This document shows, in pieces, positions 1 through 12,511 of a DNA stretch of 64,000 bases. A program made the position numbers and the translations under genes. Numbering within the stretch: the stretch's first letter is position 1; each line of letters begins with the position of its first letter. Origin of the DNA: Deltaproteobacteria bacterium (GTDB lineage Bacteria; Desulfobacterota; JADFVX01); the NCBI GenBank assembly GCA_029860075.1, contig JAOUBX010000011.1, positions 11,031 to 75,030 of the forward strand, read 5' to 3'. The notes beneath the pieces were generated by a model that made no database searches, was not told the origin of the DNA, and saw only the letters and a list, made by a program, of their open reading frames with translations.

Positions 1-1
1 C

Positions 2-841
2 CGTCTCCTTGCAAACCCTGCAACCGTCGCCACGACAAATAACACACTCAATGTCGACCTCAGCGCTGGGTTCGGTAAAAGGAAAGAAACTGGGCCGAAA
101 TCTCAGGTTGACATGGCTGCCGAACATTTTATGAACGAAGGCCGTTAGCAGTCCCTTCAATTGAGCAAAGGACACGTTTTTATCGACAACAAAACCCTCA
201 ACCTGGTGAAACATGGGCGTATGAGTAACGTCTGAGTCACACCGGTAGACCGTGCCGGGAGCAATAATCCTCATGGGAGGCTCATATTTCTCCATGGTCC
301 TTATCTGTACGGGTGATGTATGGGTCCTTAAAAGCAGGTCTTCCGAAACATAAAAAGTATCCTGCATTTCTCTTGCGGGGTGGTCTTTGGGAATATTAAG
401 GGCTTCGAAATTGTAGTAATCCGTCTCTATGTCGGGACCTTCCTCTACAGTAAAACCCAGAGGAATAAGAGCGGCACAGATCTCTTCCAGTATGGTCGTT
501 ACAGGATGAAGAGAACCGACGGAAACTCTCCTGCCCGGAAGTGTCAGGTCAACACCTTCCGACTGAATCTTTTTCTCTGTTGCAGCCCGGGAAATGTGGG
601 CAAACTTTTGAGATAAAACTTCTTCAATTTCTGCTTTTATCTCGTTTGCCCGTTTTCCGAGTTGAGGACGCTCTTTGGCGTCCAGTGAGCCTACCTTTTT
701 CAGGATATGGCTGATTTTCCCTTTTTTACCGAGATAGCCAACCCTGATTTTTTCCAGGCCCTCTTCCGAACGGGAACCTTCGATTGCTTCTTCCGCCTCT
801 GCTTTAAAAGCATCAAGACTGTCTAGGAGCTCACCAAGCAT
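2..841 (-). CDS. pheS: Phenylalanine-tRNA ligase alpha subunit (3' end beyond window)
   Basis: Manual translation from ATG at 841: MLGELLDSL...HPAREMQDTFY...LLRTHTSPVQIR...HTPMFHQVEG...RFRPSFFPFTEPSAEVD; follows rplT in the canonical thrS-infC-rpmI-rplT-pheS operon. Confidence 0.97.
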   Translation of the reverse strand, partial: MLGELLDSLDAFKAEAEEAIEGSRSEEGLEKIRVGYLGKKGKISHILKKVGSLDAKERPQLGKRANEIKAEIEEVLSQKFAHISRAATEKKIQSEGVDLTLPGRRVSVGSLHPVTTILEEICAALIPLGFTVEEGPDIETDYYNFEALNIPKDHPAREMQDTFYVSEDLLLRTHTSPVQIRTMEKYEPPMRIIAPGTVYRCDSDVTHTPMFHQVEGFVVDKNVSFAQLKGLLTAFVHKMFGSHVNLRFRPSFFPFTEPSAEVDIECVICRGDGCRVCKET

Positions 842-847
842 AGGGAA

Positions 848-1207
848 TCAGGCTTTGAGAGCACCTTTGGCTACGTCTGAAACAGCCGTAAAGCCTTTGG
901 GATCTGAAACAGCCATCTCTGCCAGAATTTTCCTATCGAGAGATACGGCCGCTTTTTTCAGTCCATTTATAAGCCTGCTGTATGAAATACCATTCATCCT
1001 GGCTGCCGCATTAATCCTGGCAATCCAGAGCTTTCTGAAGTCCCTTTTCTTAAGTTTTCTTCCTGTATATGCATAGGAGAGCGCCTTGTCAACAGCTTCT
1101 GTTGCTGTCCTGAAAAGCTTGCTCCTTGCCCCCCTGTAACCCTTGGCGAGTTTAAGTACCTTGTTTCTTCTTCTTCTGGCCTTAACACCTCTTTTAGTTC
1201 TTGCCAT
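848..1207 (-). CDS. rplT: 50S ribosomal protein L20
   Basis: MARTKRG...KGYRGARSK...[13 protein letters not shown]. Confidence 0.99.
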   Translation of the reverse strand: MARTKRGVKARRRRNKVLKLAKGYRGARSKLFRTATEAVDKALSYAYTGRKLKKRDFRKLWIARINAAARMNGISYSRLINGLKKAAVSLDRKILAEMAVSDPKGFTAVSDVAKGALKA

Positions 1208-1287
1208 TTTTTAACGTGCTCCTTCTTTACTAATTGATATTGTTCCGGCGATTAGACTTTTTTTATTAAACAAATCGTAAAAATTTC

Positions 1288-1485
1288 TTACGCGTAAGGT
1301 ATCAACCTGGAAATGGATTTTTTATCGCTCTCTGCAACAAGTCCATCATGTCCAAGCTGTCTTTTCCTTTTTTGTGCCTTTTTGGTAAGAATGTGATTGG
1401 TATTGGCCTTTTGTCTTTTGATCTTGCCTGTACCGGTCACTTTGAATCTCTTGGCTGTTCCTCTGTTCGTCTTCATTTTCGGCAT
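1288..1485 (-). CDS. rpmI: 50S ribosomal protein L35
   Basis: [24 protein letters not shown]. Confidence 0.99.
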   Translation of the reverse strand: MPKMKTNRGTAKRFKVTGTGKIKRQKANTNHILTKKAQKRKRQLGHDGLVAESDKKSISRLIPYA

Positions 1486-1508
1486 TGCTTCTTTCCTCCA
1501 GCGTTAAA

Positions 1509-2060
1509 TTACTTGTTATTACTCGTCTTTTTGGGCGCAAGGATCATGAACATGTTACGTCCTTCAACCTTGGGAAGGAATTCCACAACGGCATCCTCTT
1601 TCACCTCTTCGGAAACCCTGCTCAGTATCTGTCTCCCCTTATCCATATAGGCCATCTCTCTCCCCCTGAAGATGACACTTATTTTGACCTTATTACCTTC
1701 AGCCAGAAACTGCTTGGCATGTTTTAACTTAAATTTGTAATCGTGTTCATCAATCTTTGGTCTGATTTTTATTTCTTTCAATATAACAACGGCTTGTTTT
1801 TTCTTCGCTTCATGAGCTTTTTTGCTCATTTCATACTTGTACTTGCCGTAGTCCATTATCTTACAGACAGGCGGGTCGGCCCCCGGCGCAATCTCAACCA
1901 GATCAAGTCCCCGGTCTTTGGCTTGTTCAAGCGCCTTATCAACAGAAATTATGCCAAGCTGGTTACCTTCATCATCAATTGCTCTGACCTCCCTGGCCCT
2001 GATGTCTTCGTTAACTCTTACCTTGTCCTTATTGTCTGCTGCTCTTCCTCGTTTAATTAT
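1509..2060 (-). CDS. infC: Translation initiation factor IF-3, non-canonical start (ATA at 2060 or ATT at 2057)
   Basis: ORF track gives only the C-terminal part (1856). The frame is open upstream: IIKRGRAADNKDKVRVNEDIRAREVRAID...GLDLVEIAPGADPPVCKIMDYGKY. SD GGAGG at 2071-2067. Confidence 0.95.
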   Translation of the reverse strand: MIKRGRAADNKDKVRVNEDIRAREVRAIDDEGNQLGIISVDKALEQAKDRGLDLVEIAPGADPPVCKIMDYGKYKYEMSKKAHEAKKKQAVVILKEIKIRPKIDEHDYKFKLKHAKQFLAEGNKVKISVIFRGREMAYMDKGRQILSRVSEEVKEDAVVEFLPKVEGRNMFMILAPKKTSNNK

Positions 2061-2088
2061 GGCCTGCCTCCTGTTTTAAATTAATGTT

Positions 2089-4014
2089 TTAAATACTAAT
2101 ATTGCATTCTTTTTTCAGCAAATCAACAAAAGATTGGGGAGTCATAGCACTTAGCGACTCACCTGACCTCGATCTTGGCGAAATAGTGCCCCCTTCAACC
2201 TCTTTATCGCCGATAACGATCATATATGGAATCTTCTGCAGTTGGGCTTCCCTGATCTTGAAGCCGAGCTTTTCATTCCTGTAATCACCTTCCACCCTCA
2301 TGCCTTCGCTTCTCAGTTTTTCCTCAACCTCTTTGGCATAATCCATTTGCTTGTCCGTAATATTAATTATCACTGCCTGAACAGGTGCAAGCCAGGTTGG
2401 AAAAGCGCCGGCAAAGTGCTCCGTCAATATACCGATAAATCTTTCAATAGATCCGAGAATGACCCTGTGGATCATAACAGGCCTGTGCTTCTCACCATCC
2501 TTACCGATATAGGAGAGATCAAATCTCTCGGGGAGGGTAAAATCACACTGGATTGTTGCACATTGCCATTCTCTTTCAAGACAATCCCGAAGCTTAACAT
2601 CTATCTTGGGGCCGTAAAAAGCGCCGTCACCTTCATTAAGATCATATTCGAGGCCCAGATCGTCGAGGGTTTTCATGAGCGCCCCTGTGGCCCTCTCCCA
2701 GTCTTCATCTGAACCGATCGATTTTTCAGGCCGTGTACTTACCTCCATCTTGTATGGAAAGCCGAAAATATCCATGATATGGCTTATAAATTCGATAACA
2801 CCTCTGATCTCATCATTGAGCTGTTCGGGTGTACAGAGAAGATGGGCGTCATCCTGGGTAAAACCCCGAACCCTCAAAAGACCGTGCAGCACACCTGACT
2901 TTTCGTGGCGATGTACGGTACCGAGTTCAAAATACCTGAGAGGAAGATCCCTGTAACTCCTCACCCTGGAGGCATAAATAATCATATGAGCCAGGCAATT
3001 CATGGGCTTTACGCCGTAACCTATACCCTCAACATCGGTAAAATACATATTTTCCCGATAGTTTTCATAGTGGCCCGACTTCTTCCAGAGATCTGTTCTT
3101 AGTAACTGCGGCCCCTGAACAATATGATAGCCACGTTTGATATGTTCTTTGCGCTCAAACTCTTCAAGCAGATATTTAAGCATGGCCCCCTTGGGATGAT
3201 AAATAACCATTCCGGCGCCTGCTTCTTCGTTTATTTCAAAGAGATCCAGGTCTTTGCCGACACGTCTGTGGTCTCTCTTTTTTGCCTCTTCCAGCCTGTT
3301 CAGGTAGGCTTTAAGCTCTTTTTCCGTAGAGAAAGCCGTGGCATAAATCCTCTGAAGCATGGGTTTGCTTTCATCACCCCTCCAGTAGGCGCCTGCCACG
3401 CTGAGAAGTTTAAATACGCCCGCCTTTCCTGTCGACGGAAGGTGCGGCCCCCTGCAAAGATCAACCCACTCACCCTGCCTGTAGAGAGAAACCTTATCAT
3501 CGGCAACGGAATTAATGAGTTCAACCTTATAGGATTCTCCCATTTTCTCAAAGAGCCTGACCGCCTCATCCTTTGAGACAATTTCCCTCTCTATGGGAAG
3601 ATCTCTTTTAACGATCTGAGCCATTTTCGCTTCGATCTTTTCAAAATCTTCCGGCGTAAACTGACCGTCAAAATCAAAATCGTAATAAAACCCGTTATCG
3701 ATAACCGGTCCTATAGTCACATGAGCATCGCCATAGAGCTCCTGAACGGCCTGGGCCATAATGTGAGAAGAAGAATGACGGTATATTTCAAGGCCTTCCT
3801 CACTCTTGACGGTAATAATCTCAATGGAAGCATCTTCTTCGATGGCCGTCGAAAGATCGACGAGATCACCGTTAAGCTTTCCCGCTATAGCATCTTTACC
3901 CAGCCTGTTCCCTATTGAGTAAGCAAATTCACCAACAGTAGAGCCTTTTGCGGCTTCTCTCGATGAACCATCGGGTAATGTAAGATTTACTGATTCCAAA
4001 ACTTTTACTTCCAA
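2089..4014 (-). CDS. thrS: Threonine-tRNA ligase
   Basis: TGS domain, [46 protein letters not shown] motifs; TTG start. Confidence 0.98.
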   Translation of the reverse strand: MEVKVLESVNLTLPDGSSREAAKGSTVGEFAYSIGNRLGKDAIAGKLNGDLVDLSTAIEEDASIEIITVKSEEGLEIYRHSSSHIMAQAVQELYGDAHVTIGPVIDNGFYYDFDFDGQFTPEDFEKIEAKMAQIVKRDLPIEREIVSKDEAVRLFEKMGESYKVELINSVADDKVSLYRQGEWVDLCRGPHLPSTGKAGVFKLLSVAGAYWRGDESKPMLQRIYATAFSTEKELKAYLNRLEEAKKRDHRRVGKDLDLFEINEEAGAGMVIYHPKGAMLKYLLEEFERKEHIKRGYHIVQGPQLLRTDLWKKSGHYENYRENMYFTDVEGIGYGVKPMNCLAHMIIYASRVRSYRDLPLRYFELGTVHRHEKSGVLHGLLRVRGFTQDDAHLLCTPEQLNDEIRGVIEFISHIMDIFGFPYKMEVSTRPEKSIGSDEDWERATGALMKTLDDLGLEYDLNEGDGAFYGPKIDVKLRDCLEREWQCATIQCDFTLPERFDLSYIGKDGEKHRPVMIHRVILGSIERFIGILTEHFAGAFPTWLAPVQAVIINITDKQMDYAKEVEEKLRSEGMRVEGDYRNEKLGFKIREAQLQKIPYMIVIGDKEVEGGTISPRSRSGESLSAMTPQSFVDLLKKECNISI

Positions 4015-4045
4015 AACTTAACTAAAAACTCCAAAAAGAGAATGT

Positions 4046-4084
4046 AAAAAAGAGGCATCGCATGGCATTTGCACGATGCCCCTT
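4046..4084 (-). terminator. Intrinsic terminator-like hairpin between tRNA-Val and thrS
   Basis: Minus strand GGGGCATCG-loop-CGATGCCTC followed by a T-run. Confidence 0.6.
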
Positions 4085-4131
4085 TGTGTCGTATAAATCT
4101 TAAATTGACGGTTGATACGACACCAGATTCA

Positions 4132-4206
4132 TGGTAGGCGCGGGCGGTTTCGAACCGCCGACCTCTACCGTGTCAGGGTAGCGCTCTCCCCCTGAGCTAC
4201 GCGCCT
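4132..4206 (-). tRNA. tRNA-Val(GAC)
   Basis: AGGCGCG/CGCGCCT acceptor stem, anticodon arm CTACC-ctGACac-GGTAG, GGTTCGAAA T-loop, encoded CCA. Confidence 0.97.
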
Positions 4207-4406
4207 TCAAATCCTTTATTTTCTTCTATTTACCTTTGTCAAATAAACGAAAAGCCTCAAACGCTTTCACCTTCATAAACCAAAGCAAGGCAAAAGTGAT
4301 TCAGGCAATGGCTGATTGTAACACAACCCGCGATTCTGTCAAGGAAAATTATCATTTTTTACAGCAATTTAAAGGGAAAAATGTCTATATTGATAGAGAT
4401 TAATAA

Positions 4407-5897
4407 TTATTTCCTCCGCCCACCACTGCCGCCGCGTCCCCGGTAGCCTCCCTTGCCGTAGCCACCTCCTCCGGGCCTTTTGTTTCCACCATATCTCTTC
4501 TGACCCCCGTATTGCTTCCGGCCGCCATACTGTGATTTAAACCTGTGCATCATTTTCTCAACGGCGCCACTGCTGAAACCTATCCTGTTGGGCCCCGCCA
4601 CCTTCTGGTCATCAAGAAGCAGGGAAAGGGCCTTGCAAGCGAGACTGGTTACATCCATCTCTCCAGAGAGGCCTTGAACCATATCCAGAATCTCATCATC
4701 AAAATCCCTGTCTTTAAGCCTGGCAAAGAGATCATCCATATAATTCTGTTTGACTTCATGAATAGAGGGAACCTCCCTGTACTTGATAGGGGCGCCGGAA
4801 ACCTTCATGATGCGACTAAGTTCCTTAAATTCCAGCGGCGTCACAAGCGTTATGGCCACCCCTTTTTTACCTGCACGCCCAGTACGTCCTATGCGATGAA
4901 TGTAGCTCTCAGGATTAAAGGGTATGTGATAGTTAAAGACATGAGTAACGTCAGTAATGTCAAGTCCCCTGGCGGCAACGTCTGTGGCAACAAGCATATC
5001 GGACTGACCTTTCTTGAAACTGGCTATCGTTTCGTTACGCTGGCGCTGCTCCATATCACCGTGCAGGGCACGGGCTGAATAGCCGCGGGAAACGAGAACG
5101 GTGGAAAGATTGTCAGCCTCCCTCTTGGTCCGGCAAAATACAATGGACTTGCCCGGTGACTCCGTATCAATAAGACGAACCATGGCCTCTTCACGCTCAC
5201 GCTCTTCAATAACGTAATAATGCTGGGCAATATCGACGTTTGTCGTTACCTCTTTAGGCGTTACATCGATAGAAACAGGAGTTTTGAGAATCTTATTGGC
5301 CAGCTTTCTAATGGCCGGCGGCATGGTTGCCGAGAAAAGAAGGGTCTGCCTCTCTTCGGGGAGAAACTTGAATATTGCCTCGATATCTTCCAAAAACCCC
5401 ATATCGAGCATTTCATCGGCTTCATCGAGAACGACGACGGAAGGTGCAAAATTTCTGAATCTCTTTGACCTTAAGTGATCGAGCAATCTTCCCGGTGTAG
5501 CCGTTACGACATTTGCCCCCCTCTGGATCATTTCCACCTGTCTCGATATGGATTGCCCACCATATACGGCAACGGTCTTCACCCCTGCATAGCGGCCCAG
5601 CCTGAACATCTCTTCACTCACCTGAGAAGCGAGCTCTCTTGTAGGTGCAATAATGAGAATCTCAACACCGCGCCCTCCCTTAATATTGTTCATAGAAGGA
5701 AGACCAAAGGCCGCTGTTTTGCCCGTTCCTGTCTGGGCCCGGGCAATGACATCACTCCCCTTCATAACAATAGGAATAGCCTGCTCCTGAATAGGGCTTG
5801 GCATCCTGAAACCGGCCTCCCTCACTCCTTTGGCTATATCCTTTTTAAAACCGAATGTATCAAAATTCACCTGTACATCATTATTATCAGTTGTCAT
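4407..5897 (-). CDS. DEAD-box ATP-dependent RNA helicase (CshA/DeaD-like)
   Basis: AQTGTGKT, PTRELA, DEAD, SAT, HRIGRTGR motifs; Gly/Arg-rich C-terminal tail. Confidence 0.95.
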   Translation of the reverse strand: MTTDNNDVQVNFDTFGFKKDIAKGVREAGFRMPSPIQEQAIPIVMKGSDVIARAQTGTGKTAAFGLPSMNNIKGGRGVEILIIAPTRELASQVSEEMFRLGRYAGVKTVAVYGGQSISRQVEMIQRGANVVTATPGRLLDHLRSKRFRNFAPSVVVLDEADEMLDMGFLEDIEAIFKFLPEERQTLLFSATMPPAIRKLANKILKTPVSIDVTPKEVTTNVDIAQHYYVIEEREREEAMVRLIDTESPGKSIVFCRTKREADNLSTVLVSRGYSARALHGDMEQRQRNETIASFKKGQSDMLVATDVAARGLDITDVTHVFNYHIPFNPESYIHRIGRTGRAGKKGVAITLVTPLEFKELSRIMKVSGAPIKYREVPSIHEVKQNYMDDLFARLKDRDFDDEILDMVQGLSGEMDVTSLACKALSLLLDDQKVAGPNRIGFSSGAVEKMMHRFKSQYGGRKQYGGQKRYGGNKRPGGGGYGKGGYRGRGGSGGRRK

Positions 5898-6170
5898 TAT
5901 TCCTCTGTATTTAAATTAATTTTTATAGAATGCCGCAAGGGAAAAGAATCTGCCACAGGGACAAATCCCAACCATATAACGACCCCATATTGAATGGGTA
6001 ACCACTTTTCTTTTAACCTGGAAACAGCTGTTGAACATGGTTTCCAGATTTATGGACGAAGTGGCATTTTTTCCCGGAAAAGGCCTGAAGAAACTTCTTT
6101 CAGATTGAGCAGAAATTGATTGCAGAAATGAAGGAAAGTTTAAACCACTTTGTCTCTATATAAAACTACG

Positions 6171-6193
6171 CCCTGCCTGCATTGCAGGCAGGG
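6171..6193. terminator. Hairpin just downstream of typA
   Basis: Perfect inverted repeat CCCTGCCTGC-att-GCAGGCAGGG; no clear T-run on the minus strand. Confidence 0.45.
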
Positions 6194-6207
6194 AAATCAC
6201 TCGAACA

Positions 6208-8013
6208 TCACTCCTTGTTACGAGGCCTCTTATTGGCCTGAAGGACTTTCTTTCTTAGCCTCATCGAATTGGGTGTTATCTCCAGAAGTTCATCTTCCTT
6301 AATAAAATCGATGGCCTCCTCAAGGCTAAGAAGTTTTGGAGGAATGAGTTGCAGTGACTCGTCAGAACCGGATGCTCGCATATTGGTGAGTTTCTTTTCC
6401 TTAATAACATTAACGTCAAGATCATTATCCCTGGAATTTTCACCAATAATCATTCCCTCATAAACCTCGGTCCCTTCTTTGACGAAAAGGATACCTCTCG
6501 GCTGGAGGTGAAAAAGAGCATACATGGTCGTTTTACCGGGACGGTCTGCAACGAGAGTACCGGTATTTCTTTTTGTCATAGGTCCATGCCACGGTTTATA
6601 GCCGTCAAAAAGATGATTCATGAGTCCTGTTCCTCTTGTATCTGTCAGAAACTGGGATCTGAAAGCGATGAGCCCCCGTGAAGGGATGCTGAATTCGAGG
6701 CTCACCCTGCCATGACCACCGTTTTGCATATTGCGCATCTTACCCTTTCTCTCACCGGCAAGCTGTGTTACGGCGCCTACGTACTCTTCGGGAACATCAA
6801 TAACCAGCAATTCCATGGGCTCATGAAGAGTACCGTTAATCTCTTTGGTAATGGTCTCAGGCATAGCAACAGAGAGTTCATAACCCTCTCTCCTCATCAT
6901 CTCGATGAGAATGGCAAGTTGCAGTTCTCCCCTCCCCATGACTTTAAAAGAATCGGTACCGTCGAAATCAACTTTAATGGAAACATTGTAGAGAAGTTCC
7001 TTCTCCAGTCTGTCCCTTAAGTTTCTCGACGTGACCAGTTTTCCGTCCCTGCCTGATAAGGGGGATGTATTAATGGAAAAAACCATGGAAATCGTCGGCT
7101 CATCAACCTGGATCCGAGGCAAAGGTAAAGGCTTTTCAATATCCGTAACGGTATCACCGATATTAATTCCCTCGATACCTGCAAGAAGAACAATATCACC
7201 GGCCGACGCTTTCTTCACTTCCTTACGGCCAAGACCATGGAATTTGTAGAGTGAGGTGATCTTTTTTCTCTCCGGTTCACCACCACTCCCTATAAGAGCC
7301 ACATTATCTCCAACGGAAACAGTACCGGAGAATATCCTTCCAATAGCAAGTCTCCCTAGAAAGTCATCGTAATCAATGTTCGTAATAAGAAGTTGAGCTA
7401 TTCCGTCCACCTCGCCCGTAGGTCCCGGAATAGTTTTAAGTATAAGATCAAAGAGGGGCCTTAAATCGGCAGACTCTTCTTCAAGTTCGTTTTTGGCAAT
7501 ACCATCCCTGGCAATGGTATAAATGATGGGAAACTCAAGCTGATCCTCATCTGCATCGAGGTCGATAAACATATCATAAACTTCGTTGAGTACTTCCTGT
7601 ATCCTCGAATCAGGCCTGTCAATCTTGTTAACAACGAGGATGGGTACCAATTTCAGTTCGAGCGCCTTTTTGAGTACAAAACGTGTCTGCGGCAAGGGGC
7701 CCTCTGAAGCATCGACGAGGAGCAGCACGCCATCGACCATTTTGAGGGTTCTCTCTACCTCACCACCGAAGTCAGCATGGCCCGGCGTATCAACGATGTT
7801 GATAGTAGTACCTTCATAATCAATGGCCGTACTCTTGGCAGCGATAGTAATACCACGTTCTTTTTCAAGATCAATATTATCCATCACCCTTTCATCGACT
7901 TTTTCGTTGGCCCTGAAGGTGCCGGCCTGCTTAAGCATGGCATCGACAAGAGTTGTTTTACCATGGTCAACATGGGCTACAATCGCTATATTTCTAAGAT
8001 CTTCGCGTATCAT
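6208..8013 (-). CDS. typA: Ribosome-associated GTPase TypA/BipA
   Basis: [51 protein letters not shown]. Start moved to ATG 8013 (AGGA 6 nt upstream); the ORF-track extension to 8226 reads through a repeat. Confidence 0.96.
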   Translation of the reverse strand: MIREDLRNIAIVAHVDHGKTTLVDAMLKQAGTFRANEKVDERVMDNIDLEKERGITIAAKSTAIDYEGTTINIVDTPGHADFGGEVERTLKMVDGVLLLVDASEGPLPQTRFVLKKALELKLVPILVVNKIDRPDSRIQEVLNEVYDMFIDLDADEDQLEFPIIYTIARDGIAKNELEEESADLRPLFDLILKTIPGPTGEVDGIAQLLITNIDYDDFLGRLAIGRIFSGTVSVGDNVALIGSGGEPERKKITSLYKFHGLGRKEVKKASAGDIVLLAGIEGINIGDTVTDIEKPLPLPRIQVDEPTISMVFSINTSPLSGRDGKLVTSRNLRDRLEKELLYNVSIKVDFDGTDSFKVMGRGELQLAILIEMMRREGYELSVAMPETITKEINGTLHEPMELLVIDVPEEYVGAVTQLAGERKGKMRNMQNGGHGRVSLEFSIPSRGLIAFRSQFLTDTRGTGLMNHLFDGYKPWHGPMTKRNTGTLVADRPGKTTMYALFHLQPRGILFVKEGTEVYEGMIIGENSRDNDLDVNVIKEKKLTNMRASGSDESLQLIPPKLLSLEEAIDFIKEDELLEITPNSMRLRKKVLQANKRPRNKE

Positions 8014-8206
8014 AAACATTCCTGAATTTAAGTATTTTAATTTGAGAAAATGAACTGTAAGGTTTTGCAGATGGGGAGGAATAAATCTCTTCGAAAGAAA
8101 ATACCGCCTTGAATCCTTCTTTAAAACACTACTAAAAAAGGGAATTATAACATAATCAAACAAAATTAGACACAAGAAAATCTTTTGAGATGGGTCAGCG
8201 GGCTCA

Positions 8207-8278
8207 TGCTTCGACAAGCTCAGCATGACAAAGTTTGAAACAGCATTTATAAAATGTCACCCTGAGCTTGTCGAAGGG
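8207..8278. repeat. REP-like palindrome (CTTCGACAAGCTCAG...CTGAGCTTGTCGAAG); second copy at 28266-28342
   Basis: 15-bp perfect inverted arms; near-identical arms recur inside the 28.3 kb element. Confidence 0.8.
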
Positions 8279-8392
8279 GAATTTATATACGCCAATCATC
8301 CAGCTAACTTCTCATTTCTCTTGACAATTTCTTAATATTACTGTTATTTTAGCCGTTTCTTTTTACCAAATTTCTATCAGGAGGATTTATAA

Positions 8393-9406
<1,014 letters not shown>

Positions 9407-9412
9407 TACTCT

Positions 9413-10069
9413 ATGGATAGCAGGGAAAAGAACCGATCTACCATCTTCGCCGTTGAAGGACGTCCCTTTTACGGGACGCTTATTGCTGTTACCGTTATCG
9501 TTGCCATTGGCCAGTGCGCATGGTGGACACTATTGCTGGGCGGACTGACGGCCTTTGTCATGTACTTTTTCAGAAATCCTGAAAGGACCATCCCTGCTGA
9601 CGAGGGCGCCGTCATCGCACCGGCAGACGGTAGAATAGTCCAGAGAAGGCATGTGCAGGAAGATGAATTTATTGGCGGCGAAGCAATTAAGGTAAGTGTT
9701 TTCATGAACGTATTTAATGTTCATGTCAACAGGTCGCCTTACAAGGGAACAGTAAAAAAAGTCGTCTATCACCATGGCAAGTTTCTTAATGCCAGCCTTG
9801 ACAAAGCCTCCGAGCATAACGAAAGAAACGGTGTGCTTATGGAGACAGACAATGGGAAGAAGCTTCTCTTTGTTCAGATTGCCGGCCTTGTTGCAAGAAG
9901 GATTGTATGCTATGTTTCAGAAGGGGATAAACTGGAAAAGGGCGAACGCTTCGGACTCATCCGTTTTGGTTCCAGGGTAGATGTATATTTTCCTCCTGAT
10001 TCTAAAATTGAAGTCAACCTGGGCGATAAAGTTGTTGCAGGGGAGACGATACTTGGCTATATTGATTAA
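9413..10069 (+). CDS. psd: Phosphatidylserine decarboxylase proenzyme
   Basis: FFRNPER, APADG, NVHVNRSP, RFGSRVD cleavage motif; adjacent to pssA. Confidence 0.95.
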   Translation: MDSREKNRSTIFAVEGRPFYGTLIAVTVIVAIGQCAWWTLLLGGLTAFVMYFFRNPERTIPADEGAVIAPADGRIVQRRHVQEDEFIGGEAIKVSVFMNVFNVHVNRSPYKGTVKKVVYHHGKFLNASLDKASEHNERNGVLMETDNGKKLLFVQIAGLVARRIVCYVSEGDKLEKGERFGLIRFGSRVDVYFPPDSKIEVNLGDKVVAGETILGYID

Positions 10070-10071
10070 TC

Positions 10072-10848
10072 ATGGGCCATAAGCTTTCAAGAGACAACAT
10101 GAAGAAGGGAATTTATATCCTTCCCAACCTCTTTACGACGGGAGCTCTTTTTTTCGGATTTTATTCCGTCGTCTCTTCCTATAATGGTGATTATAAATGG
10201 GCAGCCATTTCCATCGTCATATCAGCTATATTCGATACACTCGATGGGAAAGTAGCCCGATTGACGGGAACAACAAGCAAGTTTGGTGTTGAATACGACT
10301 CACTTGCTGACCTTATCTCCTTCGGCATGGCGCCTGCCTTTCTTGCCTATACCTGGGCTCTTATCCCCTTTGGAAGATACGGATGGCTTGCGGCCTTCCT
10401 CTATCTGACATGTGCAGCGCTCAGACTGGCACGTTTTAACGTTCAGGTAGAAACGGTAGAGAAAACACGTTTTAAAGGTGTTCCTTCACCTGCCGCGGCA
10501 GGCATGATCGCCATTACAGTGCTGCTTTCCTACCACCTTGGAGGTATAGGAAGTACAAAGCATTTCACCATATTGCTTATGGTTTACTTCCTCGCCTTTT
10601 TGATGGTATCTAACGTTACTTACAGGAGCTTTAAAGAACTGGAGTTTTCCAAACGGCAGCCTTTCAGTCTCCTCGTCGTTGCAGTGCTTCTTTTGATACT
10701 CATCATTGCCGAACCGCAGGTCATGCTTTTTACCATCGGTGTAATCTACCTCATATCCGGCCCAGTAGAACTCATGCTTAACCTTGCAAAACGTAAAGCC
10801 AGAGATTCCAAGCTGTCTGAAACCAAGAAAAAAGACACCGGAATCTGA
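10072..10848 (+). CDS. pssA: CDP-diacylglycerol-serine O-phosphatidyltransferase
   Basis: LPNLFT, DTLDGKVARLTGTTSKFGVEYDSLADLISFG, LRLARFN. Confidence 0.95.
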   Translation: MGHKLSRDNMKKGIYILPNLFTTGALFFGFYSVVSSYNGDYKWAAISIVISAIFDTLDGKVARLTGTTSKFGVEYDSLADLISFGMAPAFLAYTWALIPFGRYGWLAAFLYLTCAALRLARFNVQVETVEKTRFKGVPSPAAAGMIAITVLLSYHLGGIGSTKHFTILLMVYFLAFLMVSNVTYRSFKELEFSKRQPFSLLVVAVLLLILIIAEPQVMLFTIGVIYLISGPVELMLNLAKRKARDSKLSETKKKDTGI

Positions 10849-10905
10849 CCGCAGTCTGTTCAGAAAATTCCAACAATATAATTCTCTATTTTTTGGAAAT
10901 CCACA

Positions 10906-12438
10906 ATGAAAAAAAGAATTAAAATATTTGACACCACACTGAGAGACGGCGAGCAATCTCCCGGCGCCAGTATGAATATAGACGAAAAAGTTCGTGTCGC
11001 CCACCAGCTTGAAAAGTTGAATGTTGATATTATCGAAGCAGGCTTCCCTATTGCTTCTGAAGGTGATTTTGAGGCGGTTAAAAAGGTAGCAGAGACAATA
11101 AAAAGTTGTCACGTTGCAGGGCTTGCGAGAGCAAATAATAAGGACATAGACAGGGCCTGGGAGGCACTTAAAGGTGCAAAGCATCCGAGAATCCATACCT
11201 TCATTGCCACTTCCGATATTCACCTCAAATATAAACTCAAAAAAAGCAGGGACCAAGTCCTTGAAGCGGCAGTTGCTGCTGTAAAGCATGCCAAAAGTTA
11301 TACTGATAACGTGGAATTTTCAGCCGAAGACGCTGTAAGGAGTGATGTCGATTATCTTTGCAAAGTCGTTGAGGCTGTAATCGATGCAGGGGCAACGACT
11401 GTTAACATTCCCGATACCGTAGGATATGCCATACCTACCGAGTTCGGCAAACTTATCAAAACACTCCATGAACGAGTTCCTAATGTGGACAAAGCCGTTA
11501 TCAGCGTCCACTGCCATAATGATTTAGGACTTGCCGTTGCCAACTCTCTGGCAGCCATAGAAAACGGCGCTGGTCAGGTAGAGTGTACCATTAACGGCAT
11601 TGGTGAAAGGGCCGGCAATGCATCCCTCGAAGAAATCGTCATGGCTATTCGTACAAGGAGTGACCTTCTCGGTTTTGAAACGGGTATCGATACCTCCAAC
11701 CTCTATCCCGCCAGCAGGCTCATTACCCATATTACAGGTATGGTAGTACAGCCTAACAAAGCCATAGTAGGCGCTAATGCCTTTGCCCACGAAGCTGGTA
11801 TCCACCAGGATGGCGTACTTAAGGAAAAAAGTACTTACGAAATTATGACACCCGAATCTGTCGGTGTTTCTCAAAACCTGCTTGTACTTGGCAAACATTC
11901 AGGCAGGCATGCATTCAGGGAAAGAATTAAAGACCTTGGTTATGAACTGGACGATGAAAATCTCGACAAGGCCTTCTCAAGGTTTAAAAATCTTGCCGAC
12001 AAGAAAAAAGAGATTTTTGATGAAGACCTTGATGCCATTATTGCTGATGAAGTCATCAGGATTGATGAAAAGTACAAGCTTGCCTATCTTAACGTAAGCA
12101 GCGGCACCGTCACCGTACCGACAGCAACGGTGCAGATGGAGATGAACGGTGATAAAATACAGGAAGCAGGTTTTGGCGTCGGACCTGTTGATGCTGTTTA
12201 TGAAACCATCGCTAAAATTACAAAGACAAAAAGCAAACTTATCAGGTATTCAGTCAGTTCTGTTACGAGAGGAATGGATGCGCAAGGCGAGGTGACAGTC
12301 AGAGTGGAAGAAGGGGGCAAGACTGTTATTGGCCAGGGGGCTCATACGGACATTATTGTTGCAAGCGCCAAGGCCTACATAAATGCCCTTAATAAACTGG
12401 AATACAGGAAGAAGAAGGTCTGGACCGATCTACCCTGA
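10906..12438 (+). CDS. leuA: 2-isopropylmalate synthase
   Basis: [37 protein letters not shown]-terminal regulatory domain. Confidence 0.97.
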   Translation: MKKRIKIFDTTLRDGEQSPGASMNIDEKVRVAHQLEKLNVDIIEAGFPIASEGDFEAVKKVAETIKSCHVAGLARANNKDIDRAWEALKGAKHPRIHTFIATSDIHLKYKLKKSRDQVLEAAVAAVKHAKSYTDNVEFSAEDAVRSDVDYLCKVVEAVIDAGATTVNIPDTVGYAIPTEFGKLIKTLHERVPNVDKAVISVHCHNDLGLAVANSLAAIENGAGQVECTINGIGERAGNASLEEIVMAIRTRSDLLGFETGIDTSNLYPASRLITHITGMVVQPNKAIVGANAFAHEAGIHQDGVLKEKSTYEIMTPESVGVSQNLLVLGKHSGRHAFRERIKDLGYELDDENLDKAFSRFKNLADKKKEIFDEDLDAIIADEVIRIDEKYKLAYLNVSSGTVTVPTATVQMEMNGDKIQEAGFGVGPVDAVYETIAKITKTKSKLIRYSVSSVTRGMDAQGEVTVRVEEGGKTVIGQGAHTDIIVASAKAYINALNKLEYRKKKVWTDLP

Positions 12439-12459
12439 TTTATAGGGAGACTTTATGAC

Positions 12460-12497
12460 AAAAAAAAGGGGCGCCTGTTAAGGGCGCCCCTTTTTTT
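12460..12497. terminator. Bidirectional intrinsic terminator between convergent leuA and the YccA-family gene
   Basis: A-run, GGGGCGCC-loop-GGCGCCCC, T-run. Confidence 0.85.
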
Positions 12498-12511
12498 GAT
12501 TAATAGTACGA

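Noticed and set aside
8014-8226. N-terminal extension of TypA in the ORF track
   Set aside because: It reads through intergenic DNA and a REP; homology and the SD point to ATG 8013.
10486-11289. Long antisense ORFs (e.g. 10486-11289, 49316-50050, 58021-58812)
   Set aside because: They lie opposite well-supported genes and have no recognisable motifs.
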